64,000 nt of DNA, from IMG/VR virus record IMGVR_UViG_3300021091_000016, one strand, 5' to 3'. The position numbers and the translations under genes were made by a program. The notes beneath the pieces were generated by a model that worked only from the letters and a program-made list of their open reading frames with translations, made no database searches and was not told where the DNA came from. Origin of the DNA: a virus. The first letter of the stretch is position 1. Each line of letters begins with the position of its first letter. Below are positions 28,955 to 38,758 of the stretch, in pieces.

Positions 28955-29212
28955 ATGATTGTATTTATTGATAGAGCAAAAAAGCTTTTGCATCAGATTG
29001 ATGTAAGCTTAATGGAAGAAGAGTATGATTTAGTAGAACTTAATGTACAGGTATTATTAAATCTTTTAAAAGAAAAAACACAAGAAGCCTTAAAACATAA
29101 AATCTTTCTAGAAAACAAGATTTTATATTTAGATAAGATGACTTCTAGATACAAAGAACAAACTCAAGAAATACTAAAGATACTTAACAGCCTCCTTTGC
29201 AATGAGCAATAG
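28955..29212 (+). CDS. hypothetical coiled-coil protein
   Basis: 85 aa, AAGGA SD. Confidence 0.55.
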   Translation: MIVFIDRAKKLLHQIDVSLMEEEYDLVELNVQVLLNLLKEKTQEALKHKIFLENKILYLDKMTSRYKEQTQEILKILNSLLCNEQ

Positions 29213-29263
29213 GTCTTAACATGTATTTAAAAAATAATTTAAATGTAATCATAGGTACTCCTA

Positions 29264-30874
29264 ATGTTTGATAGAAAAAAATGGTTATTAGAGGAAATAA
29301 GAAAATATGTTTCTGATGAAAGAGTAGAACAAGTAGATTATGATTTCTTAATGTATGAAATTTCTACTTTATCTGAAAATGAGCTAGACTTATTATTTGG
29401 CGCATGTTTGATGCAAGATGACAATCATAATAGGATTAAATTTAAAGAAAATCCTCATAATTCTATTCTGCTCTATGTAACAGAATGTACTGACCAATTT
29501 GATTTTACTAAAGCTAGGTCTAATATGATTAATGGTAGCGCGCCAGACGTAGACATTGACCATGACGCTTTAGATAGAGAAAAAGCAATTGAATGGTGTG
29601 TAGATTATTGGGGCAGAGATAATGTAGCAAATATTATCACTCATGGTACGTTTAAACCTAAATCATTAGCTAGATCCTATTATCGCATTACTGAAGGCAA
29701 TATGGATGACCTTGATGATTTGCTAAAAAAAATTCCGCCACCTAAATTTGGTAAAGAAGCTACACTTACTGAAATCCTGGAATTGAATCAAGATTTAAAG
29801 GAAGAACCTAAATATGAAAAGTTCTTAGACTTTGCGTCTAAAATTGAGGATATGGTTTCGACCTATGGTATTCATGCAGCCGGCGTTATTATATCTGACT
29901 TTCCTATACATGATGTAATTCCATTATGGAAAAATGGTAAAGCAGATCGTATTACTCAATTTGATAAAGATGAATGTGAAGAGCTTGGTTTGCTTAAGTT
30001 TGACTTCTTAGGCATTGACTCTTTGTCAGTAATTAAAGAATGTACAAAATTAATTAAACAAGAAAAAGGCTTAGATATTGAACCTTATAAAATTCCAGAT
30101 GGTGATAAGCTTACCTATGATCAAATGAATAAAGGACATCTTACTGGTGTGTTTCAAATGGAGACTTCTGGTATGGCAAAGAAGCTTATTGTAGAATGTA
30201 AACCAGAATCTATTGAAGACTTAAGTGCTATTACAGCACTTAATCGACCAGGTCCTTTACAAGCTGGCTTCGATATACAATACATTACTAATAAAAAGAA
30301 TAATTTTGCGCCAATTGATTTACCAGAATCATTAGCTGAAATTTTAAAGGCTTCTTATTGGACTTTACTATATCAAGAGCAAGTAATGGAAATATGTTCT
30401 AAGATTGCAGGTTTTACTCCTAAGGAGGCAGATGATGTAAGACGTGCGATGGGTAAGAAAAAGCATGATGTACTTAATGCTTACAAGGAACAATTCTTAA
30501 AAGGTGCTATTGATTCTAATCAGCTTACTAAAGAATATGCAGAGAAGCTTTGGGAAGAGCTAGTAGGCTTTGCAGATTATTGTTTATCTGGCGATACTAA
30601 AGTAAAAACCAATTTAGGCTCACTTACTATTCTTGAAATAAAAGATTTACTACTTAAAGGAATTGAAGTCTACACCTACGATAGAGATTTAAAGCCTTCT
30701 AAAGTTATTGATTATTTTAATAAAGGAATAAAAGACACATACAAATATGTATTTGAAAACGGCGCATATATAAAATCTACTAAAGAACATAAAATATTAA
30801 CATCAAGCCTTGAATTAGAAATAATTGATAAAGTATATTCAAGTAAACTATCAACAAACCTAGGAGAAAACTAA
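29264..30874 (+). CDS. dnaE: DNA polymerase III alpha, piece 2 (palm/fingers) fused to N-terminal half of a split intein
   Basis: PDVDID, GIHAAGV, GLLKFDFLG, GVFQME, ALNRPGP, YQEQVM, RRAMGKK, GFADY|CLSGDT. Confidence 0.93.
   Translation: MFDRKKWLLEEIRKYVSDERVEQVDYDFLMYEISTLSENELDLLFGACLMQDDNHNRIKFKENPHNSILLYVTECTDQFDFTKARSNMINGSAPDVDIDHDALDREKAIEWCVDYWGRDNVANIITHGTFKPKSLARSYYRITEGNMDDLDDLLKKIPPPKFGKEATLTEILELNQDLKEEPKYEKFLDFASKIEDMVSTYGIHAAGVIISDFPIHDVIPLWKNGKADRITQFDKDECEELGLLKFDFLGIDSLSVIKECTKLIKQEKGLDIEPYKIPDGDKLTYDQMNKGHLTGVFQMETSGMAKKLIVECKPESIEDLSAITALNRPGPLQAGFDIQYITNKKNNFAPIDLPESLAEILKASYWTLLYQEQVMEICSKIAGFTPKEADDVRRAMGKKKHDVLNAYKEQFLKGAIDSNQLTKEYAEKLWEELVGFADYCLSGDTKVKTNLGSLTILEIKDLLLKGIEVYTYDRDLKPSKVIDYFNKGIKDTYKYVFENGAYIKSTKEHKILTSSLELEIIDKVYSSKLSTNLGEN
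30581..30871 (+). mobile_element. split intein N-half (IntN, 97 aa)
   Basis: Block A CLSGDTKV; block B STKEHKILT; followed by stop. Confidence 0.9.
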
Positions 30875-30875
30875 T

Positions 30876-31292
30876 ATGGCAACAGGAGCAGATGTTAGAA
30901 AAAGCGGAATTGACAGAAGTTCTATAGATGCTATTGTATTTGATGGTTTCGTAAAATCAGTAGATAATACATTATATGTTACTAACAGTGTTACTGGTGA
31001 CGAAACGGTTTCAATCGACCCAGGCAATATAGACCTTCCTTCTCAACTATGGAAAACATATACCATAAATCCTACCAATCCAATTATCAATCCATATTCA
31101 TTTATTAATTCTGAAAATATAAAGAAAGATGACCAAAATCATTGGCTTATAAGAATTTTAATGAATGGTATAGAATTAGATTCAGATGAATTTACAATCA
31201 ATGTAAATAAACGTACAGTTACACTAAATCTTCCAAACGGATTAACTATTGACAACACAGATGAACTTAAAATCTGGTATGTAAAAGAATAA
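30876..31292 (+). CDS. putative virion structural protein
   Basis: ILMNGIEL..EFT...D.L.IWY beta-domain pattern; first gene of the intra-intein cassette. Confidence 0.5.
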   Translation: MATGADVRKSGIDRSSIDAIVFDGFVKSVDNTLYVTNSVTGDETVSIDPGNIDLPSQLWKTYTINPTNPIINPYSFINSENIKKDDQNHWLIRILMNGIELDSDEFTINVNKRTVTLNLPNGLTIDNTDELKIWYVKE

Positions 31293-31303
31293 GGAGAATC
31301 AAT

Positions 31304-32863
31304 ATGGCTCTTATTAAAGGCAAACAAATCGCAGCTAATAGCATTGCATTAAACAGACTTCCAAAACAAGACTCTGGCAAAATTCTTGTTGGTCAAGGCG
31401 CACTCGCAGATATTGATTTTAAAACACTTTCTGGTGATGCTACACTTGCAGATACAGGTGCTTTAAGTATTGCAGCAAATGCAATTATTGAAAGTAAAAT
31501 CGCAAACGATGCTATCTCTACTGCAAAAATACAAAATGATGCAATTGATAACTCTAAAATTGCAGACAACGCTGTTCAAGAGCTTCAAATTGCAGACAAC
31601 GCTGTAACTGAAAACAAAATTGCAAACCTAAGTGTAAGCGCAAATAAACTACAAGACCTATCAGTTTCTACAGGTAAGCTAATAAATAACTCTGTTAATT
31701 TTGCAAAATTGAATGCTGATGTTTGGTCTGATGCTGTTGACCTTAGCAATAATGATAAACTTCCTACATCTCTTGCTGTTAAAACATATATTACTAATAA
31801 TACTACTGCGTTAGCTAATACAGATGCTTTAGCAGAAGGTAATACTAATTTATATTTTACAAATGCTAGAGCTCAAGCAGCAGCAGTAGTTGATTCAACT
31901 GCAGGTTCTGAAACTACACAAGCTCCCTCTGTTTCTGCAATTAAATCATATGTTGATGGAAAATTCGAAACAGCAGTACAAGGTTTAGATTTTCGTGCTG
32001 CATGTAAAACTGCAAGTACTGATAATGTAAACTTAGCTACTCCAGGCGCATCAATTAATGGTTTTACATTTACTGCTGGTGGCGAAAGGGTGTTGTTAAA
32101 GAATCAAGATGATGCAAAACAAAATGGTATCTATAATTGGAATGGCGTCGCTGTTCCTTTAACAAGAAGTCCAGACAGTGACGATGATCCTGATGGTGAA
32201 GTAACCGGCGGTATGCTTACATTTATTGAAGCTGGTAATCTTGCAGGTACATCTTGGGTATTAAATTCGCCAGCTGGTGGTGTGGTTTTCGGTACAGATA
32301 ATCTCGAATTTGTACAATTCTCTTCAGGTGCTGCATATCAAGCTGGTTCTGGTATTGCTATTTCTGGTCTTTCAATTTCTTTGAACCTTAGCAATTTAGC
32401 TGATGTAGATGCTTTAGCTAAAGAAGATAAACTTAGTTTAACAGATGCAAGCGATTCAAGTGTTGGTAAGTTAGTAAGTGTTGCTGATCTCGCTACTTTC
32501 TTGGCAGATGGAAGCACAGTTACTGCAACTAATGGAAAGTTAACCTCTACTGCCACTGGTGGAACCTTAAAGAGAGATATTTCTACAAATCCAACTGCTG
32601 TTGCTGCTAGTGCAACCGGTTCTACAGGTTTAACTATTAGTTCTACTCCATCCTCAGATGGCCATGTACAAGTATTTATTAATGGATTGTCATATAATAT
32701 AGGTTCTGCAACTAATTCTGAAGTGTTCTTTAGTAATGATAACGGCACTACAGCTAAAACAATTGTTAATATTGCTTCCGGCGATACACTATTTTTCTCA
32801 GGAACTACTTCTGGGCATTCTTTAGAAATTGATGATGTAATTCAGATTGTATATCAAGCTTAA
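31304..32863 (+). CDS. tail/head fibre-like protein
   Basis: 10-aa KIA(D/N)(N/D)A(I/V) repeats; EGNTNLYFT; RVLLKNQ..KQNGIY; C-terminal VFINGL domain. Confidence 0.75.
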   Translation: MALIKGKQIAANSIALNRLPKQDSGKILVGQGALADIDFKTLSGDATLADTGALSIAANAIIESKIANDAISTAKIQNDAIDNSKIADNAVQELQIADNAVTENKIANLSVSANKLQDLSVSTGKLINNSVNFAKLNADVWSDAVDLSNNDKLPTSLAVKTYITNNTTALANTDALAEGNTNLYFTNARAQAAAVVDSTAGSETTQAPSVSAIKSYVDGKFETAVQGLDFRAACKTASTDNVNLATPGASINGFTFTAGGERVLLKNQDDAKQNGIYNWNGVAVPLTRSPDSDDDPDGEVTGGMLTFIEAGNLAGTSWVLNSPAGGVVFGTDNLEFVQFSSGAAYQAGSGIAISGLSISLNLSNLADVDALAKEDKLSLTDASDSSVGKLVSVADLATFLADGSTVTATNGKLTSTATGGTLKRDISTNPTAVAASATGSTGLTISSTPSSDGHVQVFINGLSYNIGSATNSEVFFSNDNGTTAKTIVNIASGDTLFFSGTTSGHSLEIDDVIQIVYQA

Positions 32864-32896
32864 TATGTGATATACCTCTTTTTAGGAGGTATATCA
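32847..32896 (+). promoter_or_regulatory. promoter-like motif overlapping an RBS-sequestering hairpin
   Basis: TTGTAT-N15-TGATATA; 13-bp stem 32868-32896 covers AGGAGG and the A of ATG. Confidence 0.6.
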
Positions 32897-33180
32897 TGAA
32901 ACCTATTTTATTTATTTTATTAAGTATTTTAATTGGATGTTCTTCTTTAGGAACAAAACCAACATGTAATAAACCATTAAAATTAGATTATAATTACTCT
33001 AATTCTGCTTGTAAAAATGAATTGCAATTATGTCAAATGGAAATGTATAAAAAACAAGTAGACTTAGAAAAATGCAATAATGATCATAAATGGATCGCTG
33101 ATGCAATTGTTAATGTTGGAGTTGCTGGACTAGGTGTACTAACTGGGTATTTATACGCAACTAAGAAAGAAGAAAAATAA
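32896..33180 (+). CDS. lipoprotein with C-terminal TM helix (possible unimolecular spanin)
   Basis: Lipobox ILIG-C15; C-terminal hydrophobic helix and KKEEK. Confidence 0.55.
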   Translation: MKPILFILLSILIGCSSLGTKPTCNKPLKLDYNYSNSACKNELQLCQMEMYKKQVDLEKCNNDHKWIADAIVNVGVAGLGVLTGYLYATKKEEK

Positions 33181-33677
33181 TGTCTAAAATTAAATCAAAA
33201 CAAATATCAGATATAAGTTCTACTATTACAAGTATAATAAATGAAACATCAATTAATGCTTTATTAGATGTAAACACAGTAACCACTACGCCTACAAACG
33301 GGCAGGCCTTAGCGTGGAATGGGTCTAATTGGACTCCTACCACGATTTCTGGAGGGGGTGGAGGGAGCTCTTTAAATTTCCACGTAAACGTAACAAGCAA
33401 CAATACTGTGTTGACTCTAACAGATGCAGAGACCTTTGTATTAGTAAAAAATGGAAGCACAGCGTTTAACGTGTACCTGCCTCCTATATCTGGTAAAAAT
33501 ACAAAAAAGGTGCACATAAAGAGACTCGGTACGGCTTATGTTGCAGTTAATGTAAATAGTAGTGATACAGGGAAGTTCATAGATTTTAGTGGCACCACTT
33601 CTTTTATATTGTCTATTACAGGTACAACGCTAACACTTGTCGCAAATGAGGCTGACGGTGCTTGGTACATCATGTAA
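33180..33677 (+). CDS. fibre adaptor-like protein, module 1
   Basis: MSKIKSKQI start; LDV...PTNGQALAWNGSNW. Confidence 0.6.
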   Translation: MSKIKSKQISDISSTITSIINETSINALLDVNTVTTTPTNGQALAWNGSNWTPTTISGGGGGSSLNFHVNVTSNNTVLTLTDAETFVLVKNGSTAFNVYLPPISGKNTKKVHIKRLGTAYVAVNVNSSDTGKFIDFSGTTSFILSITGTTLTLVANEADGAWYIM

Positions 33678-33692
33678 TAGAAAGGATTAAAA

Positions 33693-34139
33693 ATGAGTTA
33701 TTTAGCTAAAACTATTATTCAACCCGTATTAGGTCAATATCTGTTCAGCTATCCCGCAAGTACTGCTGTTTTAAATCACATCTACACACCAATATATAAT
33801 AATGGAACTAGCACATTCACCAGCTATGCATCTATATCAGGAAATGGAATAATCTTACAACCTGGAGATTATTTTATTGAATGTTATTTAGGTGGTGTAA
33901 AGAATGCTTTCAATAATTATGTATGGTATAATCTAGTGATTGATGGTGTAGATGCCGTAGCACCTAAAGGTCGGGGATTTATTACGGGATATCCTTATGG
34001 GACTACTCAAGACGGTTTTCAATACGATTTGACAGTAAACGAAGGCGCTACAAAAACTATTCAAGTCAGAGCAAATGCTGTTTCCGGAACGGTCACCTAT
34101 AACACCAACAACGGCACTATGCTAATTTGGAGACTTTAA
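33693..34139 (+). CDS. beta-rich fibre-tip-like protein (module 1a)
   Basis: 148 aa, beta-rich, LQPGDY. Confidence 0.5.
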   Translation: MSYLAKTIIQPVLGQYLFSYPASTAVLNHIYTPIYNNGTSTFTSYASISGNGIILQPGDYFIECYLGGVKNAFNNYVWYNLVIDGVDAVAPKGRGFITGYPYGTTQDGFQYDLTVNEGATKTIQVRANAVSGTVTYNTNNGTMLIWRL

Positions 34140-34141
34140 AA

Positions 34142-34615
34142 ATGACTTATATTCCTAGCACACCTATTAAATATGTGAAGGCAGATTCAACAGCCACCGC
34201 TACCGGCTTTGGGACTCATTTGTGGGACTTTGCGTCTAATCAAGATGCAGAATTTTGTAGAAAAGCTACCGCTAGTTACGATAACACTAAACTTAAAGGT
34301 TTATATTTTTCTAATTGGCATTTCAATATTGGAGCATTCTCATTAGATTATCAATATAATGTGTTTTATAACACACTTGGAGATAATATCACTGTATCAA
34401 ATTATACAGGAAATCAATCTTATAAAAATGCCTATGTCGGTAGTATGACACAGATTTACTCTGTTGCACCCTGGTGGAATAGTATTGTTGCTTTAGGTGC
34501 TCCTAAATATGGTATAAATAGTTCGGGAACTAAGAACTCTGTTGGCGCCGCTAGATCAACCTCAAGAAATCTTAATAGTCATATTTTTATGTTACCCATA
34601 GCTGAGAATAAATAA
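34142..34615 (+). CDS. beta-rich protein (module 1b)
   Basis: ATG 34142, MTYIP start. Confidence 0.5.
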   Translation: MTYIPSTPIKYVKADSTATATGFGTHLWDFASNQDAEFCRKATASYDNTKLKGLYFSNWHFNIGAFSLDYQYNVFYNTLGDNITVSNYTGNQSYKNAYVGSMTQIYSVAPWWNSIVALGAPKYGINSSGTKNSVGAARSTSRNLNSHIFMLPIAENK

Positions 34616-35107
34616 ATGTACATACCTTCAAATATCATTAGAATGCCTAGTGTTCTACTTTTTCCTGACCAATTAAATACAGGTGGTGCAAATACCAAAG
34701 CCACCTTCACTAATGCAAGTACAAATCCCAACTATAAATTTTTTGATTTAGAACAAAACACCAATTATTCAATAAATAATCTTGATACCTCCGTAATAAC
34801 AGTAACTAAGAAAACCTTAATTAGAGCTACATTAAGGCAAGCAACAGCGGCTCAAAATCAGGGATATCTTTATGGGATTTTTGATAGCACTACTAATTTG
34901 CAATTAGGTTGTCAAGGAGGATATGGGTATTTAAGCAATTCATATGCATCACCAAATGGTGGAGCATTACATCAGTATCATAATTCTGCAGATGCAATTT
35001 TAGATGCAAATACATCGTTTTATTTAAAGATTGTTTCTGTTACTCCGTCTGGCGGAGGAATATCTACTCAAGCAAGCAAGATATATCTTTTTAATTTAGA
35101 AGCATAA
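34616..35107 (+). CDS. beta-rich protein (module 1c)
   Basis: MYIP start abutting previous stop. Confidence 0.5.
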   Translation: MYIPSNIIRMPSVLLFPDQLNTGGANTKATFTNASTNPNYKFFDLEQNTNYSINNLDTSVITVTKKTLIRATLRQATAAQNQGYLYGIFDSTTNLQLGCQGGYGYLSNSYASPNGGALHQYHNSADAILDANTSFYLKIVSVTPSGGGISTQASKIYLFNLEA

Positions 35108-35166
35108 TTGAATTATATAAAAATCAAATGATATATTACATACATGCCTAACGTGGAGTATATCAT
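35108..35166 (+). promoter_or_regulatory. promoter-like motif overlapping an RBS-sequestering hairpin
   Basis: TTGAAT-N15-TGATATA; ATGATATATT(35128) pairs with AGTATATCAT(35166), covering the SD and start codon. Confidence 0.55.
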
Positions 35167-35569
35167 GGAAATAAATGAACAATTAATAGAAGCTATCATT
35201 ATGTCTGCTACTGCAGGTCAATTCGGTACTCAAATCGTAGAAGAAAGCTTTAAGCTTTCAATTAATGCCTTAAGTGCAGCCAAAAAACAGTTATTCTTAC
35301 ATGTATGTAGTGGCCTTGTAGCTTTAACTGTATACATATTTACTAATCAAAGCTTTGTGCTTAAAGCAGGACTACTTGCTTTCTTATCTGGTATGTTTGC
35401 AGAAGCTGCATTAAAGCTATTAAAGAGAAAGAATCAAGCTGCTGTAGAAAAGTCTATGGAGCTAGCAATTAAGCTTGAACAAAAGGAACGCGAAGAGCTA
35501 GAAGAAGAAGTAAAGGCTTTAAGAGAAATGGTTAAAAAAATTCAGGAGTCTCAAAATGCTCGAACATGA
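35165..35569 (+). CDS. putative holin-like membrane protein
   Basis: Two TM segments plus charged coiled-coil tail; upstream of an M15 peptidase; ATG 35165 has GGAG SD. Confidence 0.5.
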   Translation: MEINEQLIEAIIMSATAGQFGTQIVEESFKLSINALSAAKKQLFLHVCSGLVALTVYIFTNQSFVLKAGLLAFLSGMFAEAALKLLKRKNQAAVEKSMELAIKLEQKEREELEEEVKALREMVKKIQESQNART

Positions 35570-35693
35570 TTGTGAATTAGAAAATTGCTCATGCACAATA
35601 CCTTTATTTATAACATGTACTTGCTGTGAAGAAGGTGAATGCAGCTGTGATGATTGTGATATTTGCGAATCAGAATTAGAAACAAAGGATTAA
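35556..35693 (+). CDS. 45-aa Cys-rich metallothionein-like peptide (not in ORF track)
   Basis: MLEHDCELENCSCTIPLFITCTCCEEGECSCDDCDICESELETKD; AGGAG SD. Confidence 0.6.
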   Translation: MLEHDCELENCSCTIPLFITCTCCEEGECSCDDCDICESELETKD

Positions 35694-35701
35694 AGATTTT
35701 T

Positions 35702-36109
35702 ATGTTAAAAAAAGAACAGAAAACAAATCTTCAAGTTACAAAAAACTTTAATATTTCAGAATTAGAATATTATGATGCTGTACCTACTACACTTGTAGCA
35801 AATGCAACAGAGCTATTACAAAATCTTCAAGTATTAAGGGATGCATGTGGAAAGCCTATTACTATTATTTCAGGATATAGATCTCCTGAACGCAACAAAG
35901 CTGTTGGTGGGAGTACTATGTCTCAGCATATGTTTGCTAATGCAGCAGATATTCAAATAAAAGGTATGACTCCACAACAAATGTATGATCTTGTTGAAAA
36001 ATTAATTAAAGAGGGTAAAATGAAACAAGGTGGTCTAGGTTTATATCCTAGAGAAGGTGGTTGGATTCACTATGATACTCGTGGCGTTAAAGCCAGATGG
36101 AATGGTTAA
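35702..36109 (+). CDS. peptidase M15A (Zn D-Ala-D-Ala carboxypeptidase-like), probable endolysin
   Basis: SGYRSPERNKAVGG..SQHMFANAADI...WIHYDTRG. Confidence 0.88.
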   Translation: MLKKEQKTNLQVTKNFNISELEYYDAVPTTLVANATELLQNLQVLRDACGKPITIISGYRSPERNKAVGGSTMSQHMFANAADIQIKGMTPQQMYDLVEKLIKEGKMKQGGLGLYPREGGWIHYDTRGVKARWNG

Positions 36110-36111
36110 TT

Positions 36112-36666
36112 ATGTCTAAAATTAAAACAAAACAAATCAATAATTTTACATCCGATGTTCGAAGTCAATTTACTCCTGGAGCTGGAATTTCTATTAATTC
36201 TGGCGCGATTGCATCAACTATCACACAGTACACTGATGTTTTAGCAAAAACTGCAGCTGTAGTTAATTCAATGGCTGGATCTCAACAGGATCAAGCTGCT
36301 TCAGTTTCCTCAGTAAAGGCTTATTATACAGGCGGAACAGGTATATCAGTTGTTAATGGTGTGATTGCTTCTACAGCTAGTGGTGGCAGTGGTTCGGTAC
36401 CAGCATTCGTTACGGTAGCTCCAGTTGCAAATGATTTTTCAACAACAAATACTGTTGTTTGGGTAATTAATGGAAATGTAACCTTACCTAATCCAAATAT
36501 AGCTTCTGTAGGGCAGATTCTATTTATAAAAAATTCTACTCAAAATAATATTGTAATAACTACATCTACTTATATGTTAGAAGCCCCGTCTGGAACCTTT
36601 AATTTAAATGGATATTATAGTTCATTAGGATTAATAAAATACAACAATCAATGGATGGTTTTATAA
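36112..36666 (+). CDS. fibre adaptor-like protein, module 2
   Basis: MSKIKTKQI start; GAGISIN...ITQYTD. Confidence 0.6.
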   Translation: MSKIKTKQINNFTSDVRSQFTPGAGISINSGAIASTITQYTDVLAKTAAVVNSMAGSQQDQAASVSSVKAYYTGGTGISVVNGVIASTASGGSGSVPAFVTVAPVANDFSTTNTVVWVINGNVTLPNPNIASVGQILFIKNSTQNNIVITTSTYMLEAPSGTFNLNGYYSSLGLIKYNNQWMVL

Positions 36667-36667
36667 A

Positions 36668-37336
36668 ATGACATGGCTGAATATACTTGATTCTGAAAAA
36701 ACTCAAAAAAAAATAAATATAGATATAATTAAATTTAGTTATGATGGACCTGCATATACAGTAAGCAATGCAAATGGTGGAACTCATGCATTTGACAAAG
36801 GATATTGTCCTTTACTACTACCTAATAAAACTGTTATATGTGGAACTGATTTTCTTACCTTGTCTACTGCTGTTTCAAATGGAGTTACTGTTCAAGCTTT
36901 TAATTTACCAAATTTCGATCATGCAAATTACATATATTTAATTGATTATAGTTTTGGATATTTTGGACATTCTGCAAACGAACTCAATGGTTATTATGTA
37001 AACCTAGTTAGGTCGTCGACTTTACTAAATTGTTTCAATGTAGGAGCATTCCCCTCTACCATAAGAACTGTAGGATTTTACAATTCAACAACAGGCCCAA
37101 TTCGATCTACTAATTTTTTTGTATCTTCGGGAACAACAAATTATACTGCAGATTTATCAAATGCAGAAAGCACTAGAGGAAATCTTATTATTCATGAAGG
37201 TGTTGCTGCATATGCTTTGACTGGATTTGGTGCAATTGTTGTAAGACCAGTATTATCTTCAACAACATCTCTCAATCCTACCGGGCATAAAATTGCAAAT
37301 GTAGAAATGATAATAAAAAGGATAGCAAAAGTATGA
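36668..37336 (+). CDS. beta-rich protein (module 2a)
   Basis: MTWLN start, tightly coupled. Confidence 0.5.
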   Translation: MTWLNILDSEKTQKKINIDIIKFSYDGPAYTVSNANGGTHAFDKGYCPLLLPNKTVICGTDFLTLSTAVSNGVTVQAFNLPNFDHANYIYLIDYSFGYFGHSANELNGYYVNLVRSSTLLNCFNVGAFPSTIRTVGFYNSTTGPIRSTNFFVSSGTTNYTADLSNAESTRGNLIIHEGVAAYALTGFGAIVVRPVLSSTTSLNPTGHKIANVEMIIKRIAKV

Positions 37337-37710
37337 CATTTATAAATGAAAGAGAAGTAAAAGATACTTCCGTTAATCCAAAAATATTAGTTATACATAG
37401 AAATAATTTAACGCCAACAACAATGCAAGCCTACAACAATATTCCTCTTGCAATTACTGATACTACAGGGGGTAATACTGTAGCTGCTTTGCCTGGAAAT
37501 TATTATTATTTTGTAGAGTTTCATCATGCACAAAATGTTTCTGTAACATCAGGAACTATAGGTGGTAAAAATTTAGTTTTTAAGCAGTCCTTAGATGCAG
37601 GATATTCTTGTTGTTCATTTGAATTACTTAGCTCCAGCACTCTAATAATAACCAGACTTAATGCAATCATTCCTCATGAATGGATTGTTATCTATGCAGT
37701 GAGTATATAA
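37333..37710 (+). CDS. beta-rich protein (module 2b)
   Basis: MTFIN start, ATGA overlap. Confidence 0.5.
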   Translation: MTFINEREVKDTSVNPKILVIHRNNLTPTTMQAYNNIPLAITDTTGGNTVAALPGNYYYFVEFHHAQNVSVTSGTIGGKNLVFKQSLDAGYSCCSFELLSSSTLIITRLNAIIPHEWIVIYAVSI

Positions 37711-38106
37711 ATGACATTCGTAAATAAAACTTATGAAAAATCTCCATTTCAAATTATTGAAGTAAATACAACTACTTCAGATGAAGTGTCAAATGAATTA
37801 ACTTGGGACACAACAGCATATAATTTTAACGTTACATCTGCTAATCAAAAATTTCTTATAATTAGAAGGTTTGAAGCAACACCAGCAACAAATACAACCT
37901 TAGATGTAATTCAAAATAACAATGGAAGTAAAACATTTTTCAATGGAACGAATACATATGTAAAAGCAAATGGAGAGCTTTACACTGTGGGAGTAGGAGA
38001 TTACGGAACAACACAGTCTAATATTTCAAATACAGTCTCTCATTCAGTTATTGAAGCCACCACAAATTACACTAAAAAATTATACACTTTAATGAGAATA
38101 AATTAA
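37711..38106 (+). CDS. beta-rich protein (module 2c)
   Basis: MTFVN start. Confidence 0.5.
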   Translation: MTFVNKTYEKSPFQIIEVNTTTSDEVSNELTWDTTAYNFNVTSANQKFLIIRRFEATPATNTTLDVIQNNNGSKTFFNGTNTYVKANGELYTVGVGDYGTTQSNISNTVSHSVIEATTNYTKKLYTLMRIN

Positions 38107-38107
38107 A

Positions 38108-38758
38108 ATGTCTAAAATTAAAACAAAACAAATAAATGACTTCACTAATGCTGTTAGAAATCAAATTTCTGCTAGCACTGGAATTACCATAATAAATGGA
38201 GAAATAGCTTCTAGTATCACGCAGTACACTGATGAGCTCGCTCAGGACGCCTCAGCATCTCTGCTCACTACGGGCACTCATACAGGCATCAGTTACTCCT
38301 ATGTGGACGGATCAGATAGGATCGATTCTACCGTCTCTCTAGCAGGTTTTAGCATTGATGCCTTGAGCGATGTCGACACAAGCACAACGCCTCCGACTAG
38401 CGGTCAAGCCTTGGCGTGGGATGAGACAAGCAAGTGGGTCCCCACATCGATCACAGGTGGCAGTCGCCCATCATATACTACTGTTAGCTCATTCCCATTG
38501 ACCATCTCTGCCCCTGCTTCTAGCGTGGTAAAAGCAAGATACTATCTCAATAATGGTACCAGTGCAGTCACTGTCAATCTGCCCGCTGTCGCCTCATGCG
38601 ATGGCCTAGAGGTTGTCATCAAATTGCTTGGCACTGGCACTGCTACCATTGACGCAAACGCAAGCGAGACTATCGATGGGGCATTGACTTTTGCACTATC
38701 CCTGCAAAATTCATCGGTCAATTTGATCGCTACCTCTGCAGGGTGGAGGATAGAATAA
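38108..38758 (+). CDS. fibre adaptor-like protein, module 3
   Basis: MSKIKTKQI start; ITQYTDE; LSDVDT..PTSGQALAWD; ETIDG. Confidence 0.62.
   Translation: MSKIKTKQINDFTNAVRNQISASTGITIINGEIASSITQYTDELAQDASASLLTTGTHTGISYSYVDGSDRIDSTVSLAGFSIDALSDVDTSTTPPTSGQALAWDETSKWVPTSITGGSRPSYTTVSSFPLTISAPASSVVKARYYLNNGTSAVTVNLPAVASCDGLEVVIKLLGTGTATIDANASETIDGALTFALSLQNSSVNLIATSAGWRIE

Noticed and set aside
28213-29263. Intron or intein joining dnaE pieces 1 and 2
   Set aside because: The interval is filled by three ordinary ORFs; no group I/II core or intein blocks seen
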